From NCBI GenBank assembly GCA_965202805.1, contig OZ241869.1, positions 1,728,001 to 1,792,000 of the forward strand: 64,000 bases of DNA, given 5' to 3'. The position numbers and the translations under genes are program-made. The notes under the pieces were generated by a model. That model was not told the origin of the DNA. It made no database searches and saw only the letters and a list, made by a program, of their open reading frames with translations. Positions 1 to 9,945 of the stretch are shown here, in pieces. How positions within the stretch are numbered: position 1 is the stretch's first letter; each line of letters starts with the position of its first letter. This DNA is from Longimicrobiales bacterium (GTDB lineage: Bacteria; Gemmatimonadota; Gemmatimonadetes; Longimicrobiales; Gaopeijiaceae).

Positions 1-998
1 ACGAGCGCCAGGCGGTGAAGGCGTCGCTCTGGTTCGCCTTCGCCGGAACGGTCCTCCTTACATGGCCGTGGATCGTCGTCGGTCTCGGATCGCTGCTGGT
101 CTTCCCCCCCGCGACCATGGACGCCGCGCTGGCCGCCGACCCCGAGCTCGCCTACCCGATGATGATCCGCGACCTGATGCCCGCCGGGCTGAGAGGGCTG
201 ATGGTCGCGACCTTCCTCGCGGCCTTCATGAGCACCATGGACACGCACCTGTGCTGGGGCGCGTCCTACATGGTCAACGACGTCTACCGGCGCTTCATGC
301 GCCCCGGCCGCTCCGAGCGCCACTACGTCGCGGCCTCCCGGGTCGCAGTCGTGCTGCTGGCCGGAGTCGCCGCGCTGGTGGCATGGCAGATGGACTCCAT
401 CCAGCGCGGCTGGATCTACATCATCGAGATCACCGCCGGCATCGCGCTGGTCTGGCTGCTCAGGTGGTACTGGTGGCGGGTCAACGCCTGGGCCGAGATC
501 GCCGCCATGGCCGGCTCGGTGGTGCTGGCCAACACCCGGGTGCTGCTCGGGCTGATCGAGCCCGTGGTCCCCGGCGCCGTCCTCCAGGCCGTTGATGTCA
601 TGTACGCGCCCGGGATGGACTTGGTTCGCGGCGTGCTCATCCTCATCGTCTGCACCGTTCTCTGGGTAGCGGTCGCCCTGGCGACAAAGCCCGAGTCCGA
701 CGAAGTGCTGGACGGCTTCTACCGCAGGGTGCACCCCGGAGGCTGGTGGGACCGGGTCGCGCGCCGTACCGGCATCACCTCGAACGATCCATCGGCGGGC
801 CGCATGTGGATGGGCTTCCTGCTCGGGGCGCTCTTTGTCTACGCCAGCCTGCTCGGCGTCGGTTATCTTCTGACCGGAAAGGCCGTCGCGGGCACGCTTC
901 TTGTTGTGGTTTCGCTGGGCGCGGGAGCGCTGGCGGTGCGGAGCGCACACACGAACGCCGGCGAGACGCCCCATCCGATGACAGGACCCCGCCAATGA
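1..998 (+). CDS. Sodium:solute symporter (SSS) family protein, 5' end outside window
   Basis: Multi-TM ORF with SSS motifs (LAAFMSTMDT..WGASY..NDVYRRF; LRWYWWRVNAWAE); open from window start. Confidence 0.85.
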   Translation, partial: ERQAVKASLWFAFAGTVLLTWPWIVVGLGSLLVFPPATMDAALAADPELAYPMMIRDLMPAGLRGLMVATFLAAFMSTMDTHLCWGASYMVNDVYRRFMRPGRSERHYVAASRVAVVLLAGVAALVAWQMDSIQRGWIYIIEITAGIALVWLLRWYWWRVNAWAEIAAMAGSVVLANTRVLLGLIEPVVPGAVLQAVDVMYAPGMDLVRGVLILIVCTVLWVAVALATKPESDEVLDGFYRRVHPGGWWDRVARRTGITSNDPSAGRMWMGFLLGALFVYASLLGVGYLLTGKAVAGTLLVVVSLGAGALAVRSAHTNAGETPHPMTGPRQ

Positions 999-1011
999 AA
1001 GAGCCCAGCCA

Positions 1012-2553
1012 ATGAAAGTCGTCCTGGTCGGTGCCGGAAGCCGCGAGTTCGGACCCGCCTCCATCCGCGACCTGCTGCTGAGCGACGCCCTCTGCGAGAG
1101 CGGACTCGACATCGTCCTCATGGATCTGGACGCCTCGGAGCTCCCGCGGATGAAGGCCTACGCGGAAGCCGTCGCCGGGCGCCTGGGCCGCTCGCCCCGG
1201 CTCTCCGTCACGACCCGCCTCGCCGACGCGCTCCCCGGAGCCGACGCGGTCGTGATGGCTATCGAACTCGACCGCTACTTCTACTGGGCGCAGGACTTCC
1301 ACATCCCGCGCACCTTCGGCTTCCCGCAGATCTACGGGGAGAACGGCGGACCCGGGGGCCTCTTTCACGCGCTCCGCAACATGGGCCCCTGCGTCGACGT
1401 GGCGCGCGCGATGGAGGAGCATTGTCCCGACGCGTGGCTCCTCAACTACACGAACCCGCTCACCAAGCTGTGCGAGGCCCAGTCCCGGCTCACAGACGTG
1501 CGCGTGGTGGGTCTCTGCCACGGGGTCTTTCACGGCATCGAGCAGATGGCGCGCATCCTCGGCGTCCCAGCCGGACATCTCGACGCCCGCGCCAGTGGAA
1601 TCAACCACTTCACCTGGTTCGAGTCGGTGCGCGACCGCGAAACCGGCGAAGATCTCTATCCCCGCCTGAAGGAGCGCGAGCGCGAGGCCCATCTGCTGCA
1701 CGACTGGGACGAGATCGCCCTCAGCCGCATCCTCTTCCGCGTCTTCGGCCGTTTTCCCAGCCCCGGCGCCAACCACATCGGCGAGTATCTGGGATGGGCG
1801 CAGGAGTTTCTCGGCAGCAGCGCCGTGCAGTTCTTCTACGATCCCGTCGAGGGCGCGCCCTGGGAGACGGGCGAGGTGCCGACCTGGATCTACAACCTCG
1901 CCGACCATCCCACCGACATGCCGGCATTCCCGGGCGGTCCCGTGCCCCGCATGAAACCCACCCGGGAACAGAGGGCAGCCGCAGCCGAGGCGCGGGCCGC
2001 GCGCGCGGAGGGAGGATCCGGGAACGCGGACGAAGCCTCCGGGCGCTCGGAGGCCCAATTCGGGAACGACGCCGGCACCGGGTCGGGCAACGACCCGGCC
2101 GGAGAATCCGGGAACGACTCCGGCGCCGGATCGGTCTCTTCGGGCGGACTGGAGTTCCCCGGCCCCCTCACCCCCTCCGGCGAGCTGGCCGTCCCGCTGC
2201 TGGAGGGCATCCTCTGCGGCGTCGACACCTATCTCGACGCGGTCAACATCCCGAACCGGGGCCATGTCCCGGGCCTCCCCGACGGCTCCGTCGTCGAGGT
2301 GCCGGCGCGCGTGGACGCGAACGGGCTCCATCCGCGCAGGATGAAAAGGCTGCCCGAGGGAATCCTGTCGCTGCTGCGCACCCAGACCAGCATCCACCGA
2401 CTCCTCGTGGATGCCTTCGACAGAGGCTCGCGAGGGACCCTGCTCCAGGCGCTGATGCTCGATCCCACGACCCATTCCTACCGCGCGGCGGTCAACCTCA
2501 TCAACGAGATGTTCCGCGTGCAGGGGGATGTGCTGCCGGAGATGGAGTGGTAG
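1012..2553 (+). CDS. Glycoside hydrolase family 4 (NAD+/Mn2+-dependent, alpha-galactosidase-like)
   Basis: N-terminal Rossmann VLVGAGS, GENGGPGG, NYTNP, GLCH, GINH motifs; carries a low-complexity insertion. Confidence 0.9.
   Translation: MKVVLVGAGSREFGPASIRDLLLSDALCESGLDIVLMDLDASELPRMKAYAEAVAGRLGRSPRLSVTTRLADALPGADAVVMAIELDRYFYWAQDFHIPRTFGFPQIYGENGGPGGLFHALRNMGPCVDVARAMEEHCPDAWLLNYTNPLTKLCEAQSRLTDVRVVGLCHGVFHGIEQMARILGVPAGHLDARASGINHFTWFESVRDRETGEDLYPRLKEREREAHLLHDWDEIALSRILFRVFGRFPSPGANHIGEYLGWAQEFLGSSAVQFFYDPVEGAPWETGEVPTWIYNLADHPTDMPAFPGGPVPRMKPTREQRAAAAEARAARAEGGSGNADEASGRSEAQFGNDAGTGSGNDPAGESGNDSGAGSVSSGGLEFPGPLTPSGELAVPLLEGILCGVDTYLDAVNIPNRGHVPGLPDGSVVEVPARVDANGLHPRRMKRLPEGILSLLRTQTSIHRLLVDAFDRGSRGTLLQALMLDPTTHSYRAAVNLINEMFRVQGDVLPEMEW
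2059..2130 (+). repeat. 3 x 24-bp degenerate in-frame tandem repeat (xGNDxxxx) inside the GH4 gene
   Basis: ttcgggaacgacgccggcaccggg / tcgggcaacgacccggccggagaa / tccgggaacgactccggcgccgga. Confidence 0.75.
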
Positions 2554-2629
2554 CGGCGAACCGCGGGATGAAGCGTGGCCTGGCGACACGGGATCGCCTT
2601 CGCGACGTGCCCGGCATGGATGTGGTGCG

Positions 2630-2869
2630 TTGACCAGGAGGCGCGTCCCGTTCCGGCGCGATCCTCATCATGACGTCGCCGTCGTCCGCACCTTCAGCTA
2701 CCGGTATCAGGGCGAAGTGGCCCGCGCCGTCCTCGATGCCGCGGGCATTCCCTGTATGCTCCAGGTCGATGACTCCGGCGGGTCCGAGATCGGCATGGCG
2801 TTCGCGAATCCGGCCCGGCTACTGGTCAGGGTGAAGGATCTGGAGGAGGCGGAGGAGTTGCTGGAGTGA
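2630..2869 (+). CDS. DUF2007 / putative signal-transducing small protein
   Basis: VRTFSYRYQGEVARAVLDAAGIPC...LLVRVKDLEEAEELL pattern; TTG start at 2630 inferred. Confidence 0.7.
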   Translation: MTRRRVPFRRDPHHDVAVVRTFSYRYQGEVARAVLDAAGIPCMLQVDDSGGSEIGMAFANPARLLVRVKDLEEAEELLE

Positions 2870-2945
2870 GTGGGAGCCGGCAAGGCCGGGACATGGCCGA
2901 CCGGCTCGAGGCGCTTGCCGGGTCGCTGTGAGGCCGGCCGGGTGC

Positions 2946-3668
2946 CTACCGCACCGGGCGGGCGTACCAGCCGGCCCACGCCGCCTTCCAGCGCCGGAAG
3001 AGCGCGATGAAGAGCGGGTTGGTCCAGACCAGCGTCTTCCACAGGGGCCACTCGTCGAACCGGCGACTGGAGGGTCTCACGCGCGGCGTCCGGATCAGCC
3101 GGACCCTGCCTCCCGTCTTCCGGGCCAGCCTTCTCAGGTTGCCGTAGAAGTCGGTGTCCTCGCCCATCCAGACGTCCTCCGGATAGCCTCCCACTTCGTC
3201 GAACGCGGACCTGCGGCAGAACTGGGTGGCCCCCTGTACCAGCGGGAGCACCGCGGCCAGCACCCGCCACGCCTGCAGGTGCAGCCGGACAACCAGGCGC
3301 CGCGGGTGGTGCTCGGTGTCCACGCCGCCCCCGAGGCACTGCGGGTCGCGCATCGTCTCGTGGATGACCTCGAGGAGGTCGCGCGGGATGTGAACGTCGG
3401 CGTCTACGAAGACCAGCACCTCGCCCGACGCACGGCGCGCCCCGGTGTTGCGCGCGCGGCCGATGCTGCGGACGGGTTCGTGGACGACGGTCGCGCCCCT
3501 GTCGCGCGCGGCGGCGGCGGTTCCGTCCGTGCTGCCGTTGTCGACGACGATCATCTCGACGCCCACGCCGGCTTGCGCGCGGACGTGATCCGCGGCGGCC
3601 CGAATGGAGTCGAGGGTGGCCGGGAGCCATGCCTCTTCGTTATGCGCGGGGACGATGACGGAGATCAT
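2946..3668 (-). CDS. Glycosyltransferase family 2
   Basis: MISVIVPAHNEE, VVDNGSTDGT, ARNTGA, FVDAD, GED motifs. Confidence 0.92.
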   Translation of the reverse strand: MISVIVPAHNEEAWLPATLDSIRAAADHVRAQAGVGVEMIVVDNGSTDGTAAAARDRGATVVHEPVRSIGRARNTGARRASGEVLVFVDADVHIPRDLLEVIHETMRDPQCLGGGVDTEHHPRRLVVRLHLQAWRVLAAVLPLVQGATQFCRRSAFDEVGGYPEDVWMGEDTDFYGNLRRLARKTGGRVRLIRTPRVRPSSRRFDEWPLWKTLVWTNPLFIALFRRWKAAWAGWYARPVR

Positions 3669-3747
3669 CGTACTTCCCGGCCCTCAGTCGCCGCGGCTCG
3701 CAGACCGGACCCGGACGTGGCCCGGGCCCGGTTCCACAAACCGCCGC

Positions 3748-4140
3748 TCAGGTTCCTGCCTGGCGGCCCGCCGGTGTCTCGCGGGGACAATGCAGAGCGA
3801 CCGCGTCAACGTTGCGCTCCATCCCACCATGGGGGATGGAGGGAGAGGACAACAATGTCAGGTTGTCCTGGGACGTGAACCGGAAGTGGATGGCATTGGC
3901 GCCGTAATCGCCGGCGTCCTCGCGCAGGCTGTTCCGGAGGCCACCGTCGGTGAAGTGCCAGTTCCGTTTGGCGAAGAGAAGCGCGACCCGCTCGCAGTCC
4001 GCGGGAATTTCGTCGTCGGGCTGGAAGATGTAGACCTCCTCCGCCGGGACCGAGTGCGCCGAGCGGTCCATGAGTACGTAATGGGGTACGTTGACGCAGG
4101 AGGAGACGAACAGGACGGCGACGGCGGCGGTCTTGTTCAT
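3748..4140 (-). CDS. Hypothetical lipoprotein, paralog 1
   Basis: MNKTAAVAVLFVSSC lipobox-like start; LREDAGDYGANAI; ATGA overlap with upstream paralog. Confidence 0.65.
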   Translation of the reverse strand: MNKTAAVAVLFVSSCVNVPHYVLMDRSAHSVPAEEVYIFQPDDEIPADCERVALLFAKRNWHFTDGGLRNSLREDAGDYGANAIHFRFTSQDNLTLLSSPSIPHGGMERNVDAVALHCPRETPAGRQAGT

Positions 4141-4544
4141 GAAGCCCCGCTCTGCCCCGTCCCGCTCAGGCAATGCAGCGCGAAGGCTCGTGCGTCGCGT
4201 CCCCGCCGGGCCGACATGAGGTATCGTGCATCCCTGATCTCGGGCAGGTCCGTGCCCTGCCAGTTCGCCGCCTCCGACATGAACTGGATCTGGATCGCGT
4301 TGGCGCCCAGTTGGCCCGCTTCCTTGCGGAGTTCGTGCAGCAGATCGCCGAAATCGCGCCCCATGTCCCCGGCGGCGGCGAGGACCGCGATTCGCTCGCA
4401 GCCCTCGGGAACCTCGTCGTCGGCCAGGAAGACGGTGACTTCCTCCAGCGGAACGGGATAGTCCGAACGGTCCACCAGAACCGCGCGCTTTACGCCGATG
4501 CAGGCGGTACTCAGGACGAGCGCCGCGACCGCAATCTTCTTCAT
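4137..4544 (-). CDS. Hypothetical lipoprotein, paralog 2
   Basis: MKKIAVAALVLSTAC lipobox; LRKEAGQLGANAI resembles YbjQ/DUF4156-type motif. Confidence 0.7.
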   Translation of the reverse strand: MKKIAVAALVLSTACIGVKRAVLVDRSDYPVPLEEVTVFLADDEVPEGCERIAVLAAAGDMGRDFGDLLHELRKEAGQLGANAIQIQFMSEAANWQGTDLPEIRDARYLMSARRGRDARAFALHCLSGTGQSGAS

Positions 4545-4633
4545 CAGGGCTGGCTCTCCCATCGTCGGGATCCCGTCCACGCCCTTTTCATACCGGAGCC
4601 TGCGCCTGCGGGTCCGCCGGCACGCCCGGAGTC

Positions 4634-6196
4634 TCAGCGAATCGGTACCCGGATCCAGATCTGATGGGTCAGCACGGTTACATCCTGAAGGGTCAGCGCG
4701 CCCCGGGGCGCGGCGATGAAATCCGGGGACGCCGGGGCCGCAGCGGCCATCTCCTGCTGGGCGAAGAAGTCATCGATGCCCGGAAAGCCGGTGCCCGACG
4801 TGATGCGGGTGCTCGAGTGCAACTCGAAGTCGCGGGAGCGGAAGTGGACCCCGAACGAGGGCGTCCACTCGGTCCACGCCTCGTCCTGATCGCGCGAAGT
4901 GGCCTCGACATGGTCGTCCTGCTCCAGGTGATAGGCGTAGGACCGCGCCTCCAGACCGAGCTGGAAGCCGAACCTGTCGTAGCGCTGTGCGAACCCTGAA
5001 CGCAGGACGACGTTGGAGAAGGTGAAGTGGTTCTCGATCGTCATGTCGCCGATTTCGAGGACGCCCCTGGGCGTTTCCATGCGACGTTCGGCCTCCTGCC
5101 AGGTGTGGCTCCAGATCGGCTGGTAGGCGACGTCTATGCCGAAGGAGGTCGACTTCCGGTGCCGCCCGATGCCGAGGCCCATCTCGTAGGCCCAGGTCGT
5201 TCCCGGGTCGCGCGGGATGTTCTGGATCTCGTAGTTGGGGATTTTGGGATGCGATTTGCGGTTCGCGGTCAGGGTCGCGCCGATGCTCCATCCTTCCGCC
5301 CCCAGCTGCCGGTCCCACTCCAGGTGCCCGCCCAGGGTGCGGGTCTTGTCCTCGTTGAGCTCCTCCCTGAACTCGAACGTGGGTTCCCAGGTGACGGTGT
5401 CCCGGGCGACGACGTCGGCGAAGTGCACCTCGTGCTCCATCGAGACCCGGTTGTGGATCAGCGTGAAGCCGATCCGGTCGCGTTCTCCGTCACGGAAGAC
5501 GCCCGCCCGCAGGTCGGTGACGGCGCCCTGCTGGTCTATGCGGTCGGCCCCCGCGTAGAGCTGGTCCACGCCGGTCATCATGTTCAGACCGGCCCGGAAG
5601 ACGGCGAGCCCGACCGACCAGTCCGAGTCGGCCAGCTTCCGGCCGATTGCCGCGCGCCCGTACAGGTTGCGCGCCGACCGCTCCGACAGCCGGGAAACCC
5701 TCGGAGCGGGCCAGGGCTCGATCCAGGCGCCGGGCTCCGTCCGGCCACTCAACTGCTGGAGCGCGACCGATGCCCCTCCGAACCAGGCGCCGTCCCGCAG
5801 GAGGCCGGTGAAGGGAAAGGTCTTCCCGCCGCCGCCATCGTCGGACACGCCGAAAAAGGTCGGGGCTCCGATGATGACGGACTCTCGAATGAACACACCC
5901 TTCGCGGGATTCGACCAGAGGTCGGCGATCGAGTCGTCCACGGCGATGGTGGTGCCGGCCATCCCCAGAGTCGCCGACGGCACCGTGAGGAACTGGTCGC
6001 CGCTCGCGACCGGGACGGTGCGGATGGGGATCAGTTGGGCGCTGAGGTGGGAAGCTGCCAGGAACAAGCACCCAAGGAACGCGATGAGACCGGAAATGAC
6101 GGACAATCGCCGCGGTATTCCGGGTATATTGTGGTTTCGCCAATACGCTCCTGCATCGCTATTGCGAGACTTCATCAGACCAATCATGCGAGACAT
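4634..6196 (-). CDS. Hypothetical exported protein, probable outer-membrane beta-barrel
   Basis: Signal-like segment ending HLSA|Q, alternating amphipathic strands, C-terminal HQIWIRVPIR; SD gagggagg before ATG. Confidence 0.7.
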   Translation of the reverse strand: MSRMIGLMKSRNSDAGAYWRNHNIPGIPRRLSVISGLIAFLGCLFLAASHLSAQLIPIRTVPVASGDQFLTVPSATLGMAGTTIAVDDSIADLWSNPAKGVFIRESVIIGAPTFFGVSDDGGGGKTFPFTGLLRDGAWFGGASVALQQLSGRTEPGAWIEPWPAPRVSRLSERSARNLYGRAAIGRKLADSDWSVGLAVFRAGLNMMTGVDQLYAGADRIDQQGAVTDLRAGVFRDGERDRIGFTLIHNRVSMEHEVHFADVVARDTVTWEPTFEFREELNEDKTRTLGGHLEWDRQLGAEGWSIGATLTANRKSHPKIPNYEIQNIPRDPGTTWAYEMGLGIGRHRKSTSFGIDVAYQPIWSHTWQEAERRMETPRGVLEIGDMTIENHFTFSNVVLRSGFAQRYDRFGFQLGLEARSYAYHLEQDDHVEATSRDQDEAWTEWTPSFGVHFRSRDFELHSSTRITSGTGFPGIDDFFAQQEMAAAAPASPDFIAAPRGALTLQDVTVLTHQIWIRVPIR

Positions 6197-6247
6197 CCTC
6201 CCTCACCCTTCTGGAAATGGATCGATCCGCGGTGAGCCGCGGCATGT

Positions 6248-6283
6248 ATCCAGGGAGCGAATGGAAAGCCCGGTTTGTGACGG
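6248..6283 (-). promoter_or_regulatory. Putative ECF sigma promoter, copy 2
   Basis: Minus strand CCGTCACA-N16-CGCTCCCTGGAT; matches copy at 9944-9979. Confidence 0.7.
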
Positions 6284-6395
6284 CGGGTTGGACGCGGACG
6301 CGAAGGCAGAGCCTGCAGTCCCAGCTCGAACGCGAGGCCCCACGATCCGCCCGCGACTCGGACGGCGGCGGGCGTGAGGATGTAAGGGTGGGACC

Positions 6396-8678
6396 TCAGA
6401 AGGTGATCGCGACGCCGATCACGGGCAGGAAGGGGCGCTCCGCGAGCGGGGTCAGGGAATCGCCGCGCCAGGGCTGGAAGGCGTAGAAGAGGGCGTCGCG
6501 GCGTCGCAGGGCGTTGATCACGCGCAGGTAGGGGCGCACGATCCAGTCATGGCCGCCCCACTGAGCGGTCAGCCGGGCGTGCAGTTCGAAGTCGAGGCGG
6601 AGGAAGTCGTCGTCCAGTCCTTGCAAGAGGGGCGAATCGGCGGCGGCCAGAGGCTGGAGCGCGGTCGTATCGGGCGGCTCCGGTGGTGGTGCGGTGGGCG
6701 CGGCAGCCTCCTGATCGAGACCCAGGGAGCGGAAGGGAATGGCGGTATACGGGAGGCCGGCACCGTACGCCAACCGGAATTCGCCGCGCACCGGTCCCCA
6801 GAGCTCGCTTGACACCCCCGCGGTGAGCAGGTGGCGGCCGGCGAAGTCGCGGCTGTAGCCGGACAGGTCGCGGTCGGACCAGAACCAGGAGAGGCCGTAT
6901 CCGAGCCAGACCACCTCTCGCTCGCCGGCGCTGCTCAGACGGACGTCGACGCCGGAGCTGCGGATCGATTCGCCACCGCTCGAAGCCGCCGCCAGCCCCT
7001 CGTACCCCTTCCAGAAGCCGTGCAGCCCGAGACGCACGCGCCCGGCCAGCAGCTGATCGAGTGAGACTACGACGTGGTCGGCCCGGGCCATCGGGAGGAG
7101 TTGCGGCGCGGACAGGTCGGAGGAGACGACCTCCTGGAGCGTGCGCTCGACCTCCACGTCCGGGGTGCGCGTGGGCTGGTGGTAGCGCCCGACCGCCACG
7201 CTCAGGAGCGCGCGGGGGTCGAAGGCCCACGCGAGGCGGGCGCGGGGAGCGAGGGCCAGGTCGCCGTCCGGGAAGAAGTCGGCGCGCACGCCCGCGCGCA
7301 GGGTGACCGCCGGCGCGAGCAGGCGGACGGCGTCGACATGGAGGCCGGTGGTGGTGTGGGTGGCGGCGGTCCTGGTGCCCACGCCGGCGGTTGGATCGCG
7401 CGCGCCGTAGGACGCATCGATGAAGTTGTGGGACACGCCGACCACCGTGCGGGCGGCGGCCCCTCCCCATTCCACCTCGGCGAGCAGGCGCGCGCGCCGG
7501 TTGGCGCCGGTCGCGAGCAGTGGGCCGGCCACGGGCACCGAATCGGTACTCGCCGGCTGCAGCGGAAGCGAGGCGTCATAGTCGCTGGCAGCCGCCAGAG
7601 CGCGCACGCGCGCACCTCCGGCGGCGCCTTCGTAGCTGAGCGAGAGGGCGCGGTTCGACCAGGTGGCGTCGTCGGGCGCGGCCTGGTAGTCGAGGAGCAC
7701 CGCCTCGGAATTGCGGAAGGCGGTGACGCCGATGCGATGGTCGTCGCCGGGTTCGTACTCCGCCGCCAACAGCACGTCCGAATACCCGTAGGGACGGTCG
7801 CCGCCCAGGGGTCCCGATCCGACATCGTGGAGCCCGCGCGCCGAGGCGAGAAAGCCGCCCCGGGGGCCCAGTGGGCCCTCCACCGCGCCCGATGCGGTGA
7901 GCAGATCGAGGGCCGTCGAGGCGCGCAACCGGTCGCGGCGGGGCGAACGGGTGCGGAGGTCGAGGATGTGGGTCAGACCACCGTCGTAGCGCGCGGGAGC
8001 CCCGCCCCGGTGGAGCGCGGCGGCCCCCAGCAGCGCCGGCTCGAACCCGGGCATCAGCCCGGCCACGTGAAACGGGGTGTACACCGGCGCGCCGTCGAGC
8101 AGGACGAGCTTCATGTCAGCGGTGGAGCCCCTCAGGTAGAGGACATCGGTGGCGCTGGCGGGATCGTTGCCGGGAAGCGCGCGCACCGCCGCAGCCAGGG
8201 CGGGATCCCCCACCCCCGGGGTCAGGTCGAGCGCCTGGATCTCCAGTTCCGGTATGGGCCGTGGTCGTCCGGGCTCGTCCCCGCCGGTGCTCCCGCCGAC
8301 AAGCCGGTCGGCCCGGACCTCGACCGGGTCGAGGCGCAGCGGCCGTCCGGTGAGTTCGAGGTCGACGCGCACCGAAGCGCCGGCAGCCACGGTGACCTCG
8401 ACCGCGATCGCCTCGTAACCGGGGTGGCGCACACGCACGGTGACCACGCCGGGCCGGAGCCCTTCCAGGGAATAGCGGCCATCCTCGCCCGCCTGCACCC
8501 ACCGCCGACCCGCGGGGGTCTCGACCGCCAGCAGGGCATGCGGGAGAGCGCCGCTGCGGTCCCGGAAGACCCCGGTGACCGTTCCGTGCAGAGCAGCGTC
8601 CGCACCATCGGGGGCGGCCTGAGGGCCGGCGATGCCCGCGAAGGCGGGAATGGCCCAGATCGCGATCACGCCGACCAT
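6396..8678 (-). CDS. TonB-dependent receptor with N-terminal carboxypeptidase-regulatory-like domain
   Basis: Signal peptide MVGVIAIW..., plug motifs LYLRGS..LLDGAPVY..FH, GGAPARYDG, C-terminal F; start reassigned to ATG 8678. Confidence 0.85.
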   Translation of the reverse strand: MVGVIAIWAIPAFAGIAGPQAAPDGADAALHGTVTGVFRDRSGALPHALLAVETPAGRRWVQAGEDGRYSLEGLRPGVVTVRVRHPGYEAIAVEVTVAAGASVRVDLELTGRPLRLDPVEVRADRLVGGSTGGDEPGRPRPIPELEIQALDLTPGVGDPALAAAVRALPGNDPASATDVLYLRGSTADMKLVLLDGAPVYTPFHVAGLMPGFEPALLGAAALHRGGAPARYDGGLTHILDLRTRSPRRDRLRASTALDLLTASGAVEGPLGPRGGFLASARGLHDVGSGPLGGDRPYGYSDVLLAAEYEPGDDHRIGVTAFRNSEAVLLDYQAAPDDATWSNRALSLSYEGAAGGARVRALAAASDYDASLPLQPASTDSVPVAGPLLATGANRRARLLAEVEWGGAAARTVVGVSHNFIDASYGARDPTAGVGTRTAATHTTTGLHVDAVRLLAPAVTLRAGVRADFFPDGDLALAPRARLAWAFDPRALLSVAVGRYHQPTRTPDVEVERTLQEVVSSDLSAPQLLPMARADHVVVSLDQLLAGRVRLGLHGFWKGYEGLAAASSGGESIRSSGVDVRLSSAGEREVVWLGYGLSWFWSDRDLSGYSRDFAGRHLLTAGVSSELWGPVRGEFRLAYGAGLPYTAIPFRSLGLDQEAAAPTAPPPEPPDTTALQPLAAADSPLLQGLDDDFLRLDFELHARLTAQWGGHDWIVRPYLRVINALRRRDALFYAFQPWRGDSLTPLAERPFLPVIGVAITF

Positions 8679-8680
8679 GC

Positions 8681-9409
8681 TCAATTCGGGACCTCGAACG
8701 TCACCAGGTCTTCCCCGCCGGCCGCCGTGGCCGGTCCCGTCACCTCCATCCCGGCCGCGTCCACGACCAGGTAGCTCGCCCCGTTCACGATCAGCGTCGC
8801 CGGCACCACCCCGTCCGGCAGCTCCACCGTGACCGGGCCCGCCACCACGGCGGCCCGCACTTCCCCGCTCCCGTAGGAGAACTCGCTGCCGGTCGCCGCC
8901 AGCACCCCGACGGCCCGGCCGGCGACCCGGCGGACGTCGATGACGGTGCCGGGCACGACGTTCTCCAGTCGAACGACCACCGGTCCGCTCACGACCTCCA
9001 TCCGCCCTCCGACCTGACCAGGCAGCTCCGGCGCCGAGGTGGACGGCGGGGCCGGCGGCGGTCCCCCCGTGAACACGCGCGGGATCCATCCGTTGAACGG
9101 CCCGGGCAGGGCGGACAGCGCACCCGCGCCGATGAGCACGAGCACGGCCGCCCGTCCGAGCCAACCAGGCGTCCAGACGGTGCCGCGCGTCCGGGTGCCC
9201 CGGATCGCATCCCTGCGGCCGCGCCCGATCGGCACCACCAGCGGCACCGTCAGCACCGACAGCGCCTGCTCGACGGCCTCGGCTCGCGACCGGGCATCCT
9301 CCAGGGCCCGCGCACCAGCGGCGGACTCGTTGAGGTGGGCCAGCACCTCATCCCCGACCGGCTCCCGGTCGCGCACCGCGACGATCATTCCTTCCGTCAG
9401 ATGGATCAT
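8681..9409 (-). CDS. Putative transmembrane anti-sigma factor
   Basis: Directly downstream of ECF sigma (ATGA overlap); N-terminal MIHL...HLNESAAG, single TM, Pro-rich linker, periplasmic beta domain. Confidence 0.7.
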   Translation of the reverse strand: MIHLTEGMIVAVRDREPVGDEVLAHLNESAAGARALEDARSRAEAVEQALSVLTVPLVVPIGRGRRDAIRGTRTRGTVWTPGWLGRAAVLVLIGAGALSALPGPFNGWIPRVFTGGPPPAPPSTSAPELPGQVGGRMEVVSGPVVVRLENVVPGTVIDVRRVAGRAVGVLAATGSEFSYGSGEVRAAVVAGPVTVELPDGVVPATLIVNGASYLVVDAAGMEVTGPATAAGGEDLVTFEVPN

Positions 9410-9945
9410 CGTCCCGCATCCTCCCCGGACGGTTTCAGGAGTTCGAGAAAGCGGCGCTCGGCCCGGGCCAGCAACGTGCCGACCGACCCGGACGCAATGC
9501 CGACCTGCGCGGCGATCTCGCGATAGCTGAACCCCGAATAGCGGAGCAGCAGGATTTCCCGGCTTCGGTCCGGCATCCTTCCCAGCACCTCGCGTACTCG
9601 TTGCCGCTCCTGCTCGCGCTCCAGGGCACGGTCCGCCTGCTCCGGCCCGGCGTCGTGCACCGGATTGGAAGCCAGCAGCCGCTGTCGGTTGCCGGCCACC
9701 TTTTCCCCGTCGAGGATGAGGTGCCGGGCGGTCGTGAACAGCCACGCTGCGGGATCCGCAGGAGGCTCCCCGGCGTCGCGCCGCCAAAGCCGCACCATCG
9801 CTTCCTGCACGATGTCCTCCGCCGCATCCGGATCTCCGCACCGGTACGTGCAGTAGCGCAGCAGCTTCGGCTTCAACTGGTCGAAGACGTCGCGAAAGGC
9901 CTCTGGCTCCACCCGAGCCCGCTCTCTGTTATGGAGTGTTGTCAT
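9406..9945 (-). CDS. ECF RNA polymerase sigma-70 factor
   Basis: Region 2 AEDIVQEAMVRLW...AWLFTTARH; region 4 GFSYREIAAQVGIASGSVGTLLARA. Confidence 0.92.
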   Translation of the reverse strand: MTTLHNRERARVEPEAFRDVFDQLKPKLLRYCTYRCGDPDAAEDIVQEAMVRLWRRDAGEPPADPAAWLFTTARHLILDGEKVAGNRQRLLASNPVHDAGPEQADRALEREQERQRVREVLGRMPDRSREILLLRYSGFSYREIAAQVGIASGSVGTLLARAERRFLELLKPSGEDAGR

